Below, piece after piece: positions 33,181 through 38,639 of a DNA stretch of 38,639 bases. The number at the start of each line of letters is the position of its first letter. The first letter of the stretch is position 1. The stretch is from positions 1 through 38,639 of IMG/VR virus record IMGVR_UViG_3300005573_000172. One strand, written 5' to 3'. The DNA is from a virus (Duplodnaviria; Caudoviricetes). Made by a program: the position numbers and the translations under genes. Under the pieces are notes generated by a model. It ran no database searches, had not been told where the DNA came from, and was given only the letters and a program-made list of their open reading frames with translations.

Positions 33181-34506
33181 CTAGATCGCCTCGCCGTCAT
33201 CCTCGACCTCCCGCGGAGGCCTGTATCGCCACTCGCGCGCCCCCCTCGGGCCGGAGAAATATCGCTCCCAACCGCTTGATTTCAGGCACCTTGCCACCCT
33301 GTGTCGATCGCTCTGGGTCCACATGTCCACTTTCTTCTGAATGCACTGTGCCAAGATCTCCGGGATCGAAACGGACTGCCGGCCGTCGATCCACTTGAGG
33401 ATTACCTCGTCCCACGGATCACCGTCATAGCGCTCAGATTGGACTTCTGCGGCCTGGCGATTCAGCTCAACAGAATCCAACCACCAGGGCGAGCCCGCGC
33501 GATATCGCGTCAATGCCTCGGCCCACAACTGCCCCCGATCGCGGGCCAAGTCGTCGATCACGATATCCGCGCATGCAACCGGCCAGAAGCGCCGGCCGCC
33601 GGTCTCGTCCCGCAGGTACGTGTTGTGATTCACACTTCCAGCGAACACGCATTGCCGGGGCGAGACGATCACGCGCCGTCCGTACGGCGGGCGGAATCGA
33701 TCCACTGCCCGGCTCATGAACGCCTTGACTCGGCCCACGTCAGCGCGAGTCATGCTGTCGAGTTCAGCGATTTCAATCACCCAAGCTCCGAGCGTCTGGA
33801 GCGCGGCGTCCTTGCTGCCGAGGTCGGCGATCTCGTCGGTGAACCACTCGCCGGCGAGCGTCTTGAGTGCCGTCGATTTCTTCGATCCTTGCGGCCCTTC
33901 GAGGATCAAGCAACAGTCCGCTTTGGCGCCGGGGTGGAAGACTCGCGCCACAGCAGAAATGAGCCAGCGTGATCCAACCGCCGCGGTGTAGTCATTCTGC
34001 TCTGCCCCGAGATACGTATTGAGCCACGTGTCAATGCGCTTTGTGCCGTCCCATACCAGAGAGTTCAAATAATCGCGGACAGGGTGGAATGGCCGGTCCT
34101 TCGCGACAGTCTGAACCGCCTGGCCGGCGATTTCCACCGAGACGTAGATACCCTGTTGTTGCAGCCAGTTGGCTGTGAGACGGTCCTCGTGATCGGTCCA
34201 TTCTCCCTCCTTTTTTGGTGTGCCCCATGGTGGCGGGCCCAGGGCCACCGCTCCGAGAGAAAACTGATTGAAAGCCAGGACGCCAGCCCATTCGGGCGCG
34301 AAACGTAGCGCGGTGATCGCGTTCGTCAACAGGGGCCTCGGAGCGCCCTGGTTGTTCACGATCAAGTTCGCGCGCCAACTTGTTCCCGGCTCAGGTGGCG
34401 CCGATTCTACTGGCGCCGCCTTCCGACTGGTCCGGCGCCGAGCGTCTTTTGCCGCCCGTGTGTACTCGCGTCGGAGCAAGTCTTCGAATGGAACCGGCTC
34501 TTTCAC
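33181..34506 (-). CDS. VapE/VirE-family helicase (P-loop NTPase)
   Basis: FHPVRDYL..L.WDG..R, LEGPQGSKKST Walker A, IEIAEL, F.GS.N...YL.D.TG.RRFWP; probable GTG start at 34506 coupled to the upstream stop. Confidence 0.94.
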   Translation of the reverse strand: MKEPVPFEDLLRREYTRAAKDARRRTSRKAAPVESAPPEPGTSWRANLIVNNQGAPRPLLTNAITALRFAPEWAGVLAFNQFSLGAVALGPPPWGTPKKEGEWTDHEDRLTANWLQQQGIYVSVEIAGQAVQTVAKDRPFHPVRDYLNSLVWDGTKRIDTWLNTYLGAEQNDYTAAVGSRWLISAVARVFHPGAKADCCLILEGPQGSKKSTALKTLAGEWFTDEIADLGSKDAALQTLGAWVIEIAELDSMTRADVGRVKAFMSRAVDRFRPPYGRRVIVSPRQCVFAGSVNHNTYLRDETGGRRFWPVACADIVIDDLARDRGQLWAEALTRYRAGSPWWLDSVELNRQAAEVQSERYDGDPWDEVILKWIDGRQSVSIPEILAQCIQKKVDMWTQSDRHRVARCLKSSGWERYFSGPRGAREWRYRPPREVEDDGEAI

Positions 34507-35075
34507 GCCGCGCTCCCAAGGTACTTCGCCAGCGCTCGAATCTCCGCCCGCTCCTGATTTTTCGCCCATGCAATGAGTCCTGCGCAGTGCTTTGGAAATT
34601 CACTGCGCCACCACCGATATTCGTCTACTACCGCGCTATCTGTGCCGTGCTCCAGGCGCGCGAGGAGCGAAGTGCAGAAACGGATCAGGCCGGTATCTGC
34701 GGGGCCCCCCCCAGCCTGATCCAACAGCTTCTGTTTCTCCTGCTCGAGCATAACGTCCAGTACAACAATCATGCCCCTGAGCCAGTACCGCGCTGCCGGC
34801 AGGTCGCGCTCGAACTCCCGTCGCGCGCGTGCCCACTGCCGGCGCTCTGCAGGCGTCCACTCTGGCTTTTCATGCTCTGGCCAGAGGCCACGCGAGCGTA
34901 GGGCTTCGATCACGTCGGCCTGCGAGCAGCCCGCGTGACAGTGCAGGAGAATCTTGCCGTCGCGCTCGCCGATACTCAAGCTTGGTGAGCGATCGTCATG
35001 CGCGGGACAGCGCGCGACATAGCCGAAGCCGCTCCGCCTGCCGCGGAGCTCGCGCGCGATATGCTGCGCAGTCAT
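34503..35075 (-). CDS. CHC2 zinc-finger (primase ZBD-like) protein without TOPRIM
   Basis: CPAHDDRSPSLSI.....LLHCHAGC, then a helical domain. Confidence 0.88.
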   Translation of the reverse strand: MTAQHIARELRGRRSGFGYVARCPAHDDRSPSLSIGERDGKILLHCHAGCSQADVIEALRSRGLWPEHEKPEWTPAERRQWARARREFERDLPAARYWLRGMIVVLDVMLEQEKQKLLDQAGGGPADTGLIRFCTSLLARLEHGTDSAVVDEYRWWRSEFPKHCAGLIAWAKNQERAEIRALAKYLGSAA

Positions 35076-35086
35076 TACGCCGGCTG

Positions 35087-35857
35087 TTACACCACCTCGG
35101 TTGCAGCGTCGACCGTACCGTCCGCCGGCTCAGGCACGTCCTTGCCCCCGAGCATTGCCGGCGCCGCCTTGAGAAACGGCTCGATAACCGCCGCGTACTG
35201 TTTCACGAGCGAGGCTTGTTCCGGAGTGAGGCGGCCGCCAGAGGCGAACGTCGCGCGCGAGTACACGATACCCTGGGCGTTCTTCGTCTTTTCGAGGCCG
35301 ATCTGTGTGATCAGCCCATAGCACGGTACGCCTTTCGAAGCCAGGCGCATGAAGTACTGTCGCGCGGGCTTGAGCGAGCTCGCAGGAAGGCACACGATCT
35401 CCGGCAGAAGGTTGTCCTCCCGCAGGAAGAAGAGTTGCCGCACCAGCTTACACGCTTGGCCGACGCCCTTGGCGTCGCTGCCGAACTGCGCGAACGGGCA
35501 CTTGTGGCAATCGCCGCCCGGCTTGCCGATCCCGGTGCGTGCGTCGACCGAGTAGCAGTCCGGCGGCGCGTTGCCGTCCGCGTCTTCCATGGCCGTCTGC
35601 CAGTATGCCCGGGTCTCGCGCCAGGCAATAATGATCCCTGAGAGCTCCTTGACGGTCTCTTCGCCGTCCAGCGTTTGGATTTCCCAGGCCGTGCCTCCAC
35701 CGGCCGGAATCTTGATGCGCTCGAAGTCGGCGGTGCTCATGCCGTCTTCGCCGAGATTGGCCGCTATGGCGTCGCGGATCGCGGCTACCGGGGTTTGAAA
35801 GATTACGAACGGGCTGATTTCCGCTGCGCTGTTCTTTTTGATCAGTTCTTTGCTCAT
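35087..35857 (-). CDS. Putative ssDNA-binding/replication protein with four Cys
   Basis: RAYW...PPDC.S.D...G...C..CP..QFGS...ACK..R.L...P....LP.SS; acidic tail. Confidence 0.7.
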   Translation of the reverse strand: MSKELIKKNSAAEISPFVIFQTPVAAIRDAIAANLGEDGMSTADFERIKIPAGGGTAWEIQTLDGEETVKELSGIIIAWRETRAYWQTAMEDADGNAPPDCYSVDARTGIGKPGGDCHKCPFAQFGSDAKGVGQACKLVRQLFFLREDNLLPEIVCLPASSLKPARQYFMRLASKGVPCYGLITQIGLEKTKNAQGIVYSRATFASGGRLTPEQASLVKQYAAVIEPFLKAAPAMLGGKDVPEPADGTVDAATEVV

Positions 35858-35860
35858 GGG

Positions 35861-36019
35861 TTAGCCTCGCTTCTGCTTGCCGCGCACGACCCATTGCGTT
35901 GGACGCCACGGCCCTTCTGGGTGGTTGTACGTGTAGGTGCACTTCTGAGTCAACGCTGTCACAATCCATGACGTCGGCCTCCAGGCTGGCGGCGACGGTT
36001 GATTCTTTTTGCTTGTCAT
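35861..36019 (-). CDS. Small protein (52 aa, not in the ORF track)
   Basis: AAGGAG RBS; MTSKKNQPSPPAWRPTSWIV...GPWRPTQWVVRGKQKRG exactly fills the intergenic gap. Confidence 0.6.
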   Translation of the reverse strand: MTSKKNQPSPPAWRPTSWIVTALTQKCTYTYNHPEGPWRPTQWVVRGKQKRG

Positions 36020-36023
36020 GCGT

Positions 36024-36410
36024 TTAGGTTCTCCTTATTCTGAGTTTGAAGACTTCACTGACGTCGAGTACCGCGGCCAGCGTGCGCGGCAGCGGCCGGC
36101 CGTCGCGATCCAGTTCCCGCACGTACGCGCTCAGCGAGTTGGTGTTGAACGTTTCTTCAACATAGTCGCCGAGGCGCGCGCGTCTGAGCGCCTTGCAGAC
36201 GGCGGCCTTGTCGCCGTCCTTGGCCCGCGCCCAGAGCTTGCGCTCGACGTAGACGGTGCGCCCGTCGATCGAAACGCGCTCCACATCGAATTCTGCGAGC
36301 AGGCGTTGCTCGAGCTCCGCGGCTTCGGCCTTGATCGTATCGATCTCGGCCTCGAGCTGGCGGCGGCGTTCATCGAGTGCTATGTAGCGCTTGAGTTCGT
36401 CGGTATTCAT
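36024..36410 (-). CDS. Conserved phage replication-region coiled-coil protein
   Basis: N-terminal coiled coil, then L.D.V..T.N...L.AYV.E; AAGGA RBS. Confidence 0.8.
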   Translation of the reverse strand: MNTDELKRYIALDERRRQLEAEIDTIKAEAAELEQRLLAEFDVERVSIDGRTVYVERKLWARAKDGDKAAVCKALRRARLGDYVEETFNTNSLSAYVRELDRDGRPLPRTLAAVLDVSEVFKLRIRRT

Positions 36411-37782
36411 TTGAGCTTCCTTCTTTGAGTTGTTGCAGCACGCTGTTTACCACGTCGGCGCGCGCGGCCAGCGCGCGCATGATCTTCTCGTCAACCGTTC
36501 CCTCTGCCAGGAGGTGAATGTATTCAACCGGCCGCGTCTGGCCTGGCCTGTGCACCCGCGCGAGGCTTTGCTCATATGAGCCCAGCGAGAAACCCAGCGA
36601 GTAGTAAATCGCGTACCGTGCGCGGGTAAGGTCGATCCCGAGCCCGCCGGATTCGATCTGCACCGCAAGCAGCGGCGCCTCGCCCGCTTGCCACCGGTCG
36701 AGGTGATTCATGCGGCCAGACAGCTCGAGCGATCGGCGCCCGAGCTCGTCGGCGACGCGGTTGACTGCGTCCAGATCCTTGTGAAACCGGCAGAAGACTA
36801 CCACGGGCTCTCCGGGCGCGATATCTTCGAGCACCTCGCGCAGCAGATTCATCTTCGACGAATCGACCTGAACGTCCTGGCCGTCGTCGGTGCGGATATA
36901 GCCGCCTGTGATCTGCTGGAGCCGGAGCAGTTTGACGAGCGCGTTGGCGGCCGTGACCTCTCCGGATTCTACTTCCGCGATCAGATTGCGCTCGAGCGAG
37001 CGGTACGCGCGAAGGCCCTCGGAGCCGAGGCGGCATGTGTACGTGGCGTGCATTTCGGGCGGGAGGTCCAGGACGTCTTTGGCGCACGGAAAGGTAACCG
37101 AGTAGAACCGCCGGTTGAGCTCATCCAGATTCCGGTAGTCGACTACCTGGCGGTTCTGGTAGCCGCCCATCACCGCGTAGTGTCGCCGAAACTTGTTCCA
37201 TCCCCAACCGAAGATCGACGGATCAACGAATCGGAAGTAGGCGTAAACGTCGAGCGGCGAGTGCGGCATGGGCGTGCCGGATAGGCCGAGTCTGTAGGGC
37301 GTATGCTGGCCTAGCCGGGCCACGAAGCGGCTGGACTTGCCCCACGGAGCCTTCAGTCGGTGGGCCTCGTCTGCGACAATCAGATCCCATTTCTGGTTGA
37401 TCACCCACTCTGCGAACGGCGGCCGCCACACCGAATCGTAGTTGATGACGATCACGAGCGGCACTCCGCGTGCGCGCGCCAGAGCCATTTTTCGCTCTGC
37501 CTCCGTGCGCTTCGCACGTACAGAGGAGAAGGTATCGCCGAGCGGAACCACCAGGAACGGAATATCTGAATGCAGGGCGAATTGGCGCGGCCAGACGTGA
37601 ACCACTGGGAGCGGGCACAGGACCAGAATGGAGTCAAATTTCAGCCGGTCGCAGAGATAGACGGTCATCGCCGACTTCCCCGTGCCCATCGCCGCCGCGA
37701 TCATGGCGCCGCGGTGGCCATTGCGCCACACCGACTGCACGAATTTCACGGCTTCCTGCTGGTGCTTCCAGGGTCTCGTCAC
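36370..37782 (-). CDS. SNF2-family helicase
   Basis: MGTGKS, INYD, ADEAH, LSGTP, G.G.DL, QSLARVHRPGQ motifs. Confidence 0.95.
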   Translation of the reverse strand: MTRPWKHQQEAVKFVQSVWRNGHRGAMIAAAMGTGKSAMTVYLCDRLKFDSILVLCPLPVVHVWPRQFALHSDIPFLVVPLGDTFSSVRAKRTEAERKMALARARGVPLVIVINYDSVWRPPFAEWVINQKWDLIVADEAHRLKAPWGKSSRFVARLGQHTPYRLGLSGTPMPHSPLDVYAYFRFVDPSIFGWGWNKFRRHYAVMGGYQNRQVVDYRNLDELNRRFYSVTFPCAKDVLDLPPEMHATYTCRLGSEGLRAYRSLERNLIAEVESGEVTAANALVKLLRLQQITGGYIRTDDGQDVQVDSSKMNLLREVLEDIAPGEPVVVFCRFHKDLDAVNRVADELGRRSLELSGRMNHLDRWQAGEAPLLAVQIESGGLGIDLTRARYAIYYSLGFSLGSYEQSLARVHRPGQTRPVEYIHLLAEGTVDEKIMRALAARADVVNSVLQQLKEGSSNEYRRTQALHSTR

Positions 37783-37994
37783 TACGCTAGCCTTTTGCGC
37801 GCAGCCATCCGCGCTGGAATGCCGTCCCCATCCAAATAGCGGACCGGCATGTCGTCCATACCCACGGCGCGCAGGGCCTGGCGCAGCAAAGGGCGATCAT
37901 CGTCGCTCCAAATCAGGATCGTGGAGATTCCGTCGAGGCGCTCAACACGCACGCCGGCCCACTCGATCTCGAGCATTGCGACTTCGGGTGTCAT
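37782..37994 (-). CDS. Hypothetical protein (70 aa)
   Basis: Coupled on both sides; AGVR...LDG...IWSD.D...R.AL......PVRYLDG. Confidence 0.72.
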   Translation of the reverse strand: MTPEVAMLEIEWAGVRVERLDGISTILIWSDDDRPLLRQALRAVGMDDMPVRYLDGDGIPARMAARKRLA

Positions 37995-38335
37995 TGTTCC
38001 GCCACGAAAATGGTGTGGGAATCGTCTGCGATCAGTTCGTCAACGCGCCGTTCTGCGCGCTCCCTGGCTCGCCGTGCCTCCCGCTCCTGCGCACGTTCAA
38101 GCGCAAGATCCGCCTCGCGCCGTATCTCCTCTGAGAGCGTGCGCTCCGCGCGTGCTACCCGCTGCGCTCGTTCCCGGGCACGGCGCCGCCGCTGAGCTTC
38201 CACCATGTGCGCGCGCGCACTCTCGGACACCCGCCGGCGGGGACGCGGAGTTTCCTGCGCCGGCGGATCTGGACGTCCGCCGAATAGCTCTGGCAGCCAC
38301 CACCGGAGAGTGGCAAACCATCCCGCTTGCGTCAT
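37991..38335 (-). CDS. Arg-rich helical protein with NUMOD3-like motif (114 aa)
   Basis: Start ATGA-coupled at 38335; RRRVSESARAHMVEAQRRR. Confidence 0.65.
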   Translation of the reverse strand: MTQAGWFATLRWWLPELFGGRPDPPAQETPRPRRRVSESARAHMVEAQRRRRARERAQRVARAERTLSEEIRREADLALERAQEREARRARERAERRVDELIADDSHTIFVAEQ

Positions 38336-38639
38336 TCCGCCCCCTCCGCTACCTCGTCGACATCCTCGGAGTCCGCGATTTCTGCGAGCACGTCGCCGTG
38401 GCAGGGTTGCGGCTTGCACCAGCAGCCCAGAACCTTGCCGCGCAATTCTTTCCTGGCACGGGCGACCAGCGCCGGTTGCGCTAGAATCCATTCGCGATAC
38501 CGCTCGATTGCCTCCTGCCGGCTGGCAACTTGGTATCGCGCAAGCGTGCTGTTTCTGCATCCCCGGGGAGACGTATGAATCCCGAACGGATTGCCCCAGA
38601 CGGTTGGGCGGCCGACGTACACCTCGTAACGCTCTGCCC
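38332..38639 (-). CDS. DUF4326 family protein, C-terminal part
   Basis: YVGRPT.WGNPF...YREW...LRGKVLGCWCKP.PCHGDVL. Confidence 0.92.
   Translation of the reverse strand, partial: AERYEVYVGRPTVWGNPFGIHTSPRGCRNSTLARYQVASRQEAIERYREWILAQPALVARARKELRGKVLGCWCKPQPCHGDVLAEIADSEDVDEVAEGAE
38519..38639 (+). repeat. Terminal direct repeat, copy 2
   Basis: Identical to 1..121. Confidence 0.97.

Larger units (their letters stand above)
1..38639. mobile_element. Complete circular lambda-like siphophage genome
   Basis: Terminal 121-bp identity; full ordered set of terminase, portal, capsid, neck, tail tube, chaperone, tape measure and tail tip genes plus replication genes; no host housekeeping genes. Confidence 0.95.

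Overview
The window is an apparently complete, circularly assembled ~38.5-kb (38,518 bp unique) lambda-like siphophage genome. Bases 1-121 are identical to 38519-38639, and a DUF4326 gene reads in frame across that junction. Almost all genes are on the minus strand. The early/replication block holds an SNF2 helicase, a putative SSB, a CHC2 Zn-finger protein, a VapE helicase, an iteron/IHF origin, an HD hydrolase and a VRR-NUC nuclease. It is followed by a lambda-type cos-like site and a late block: Nu1/gpA terminase, gpW, lambda portal, protease-capsid fusion, DUF2190, neck, tail tube, gpG/GT chaperone with -1 frameshift, tape measure, Dit, a 1618-aa tail-tip protein and fibre genes. The late block ends with a nucleotide-metabolism cassette. 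The most striking feature is that three genes in the tail-fibre region, including an 867-aa fibre-like protein with 20 Cys of which most are closely paired, carry Sec-type signal peptides. This suggests fibres that are exported, disulfide-folded outside the cytoplasm and added to virions late. I see no endolysin, integrase (only a probable N-terminal stub next to an excisionase), repressor or DNA polymerase. An Acidobacteriota (Bryobacteraceae-like) host is my inference from remembered similarity of several proteins, not a search result. All product calls come from motif recognition by eye.
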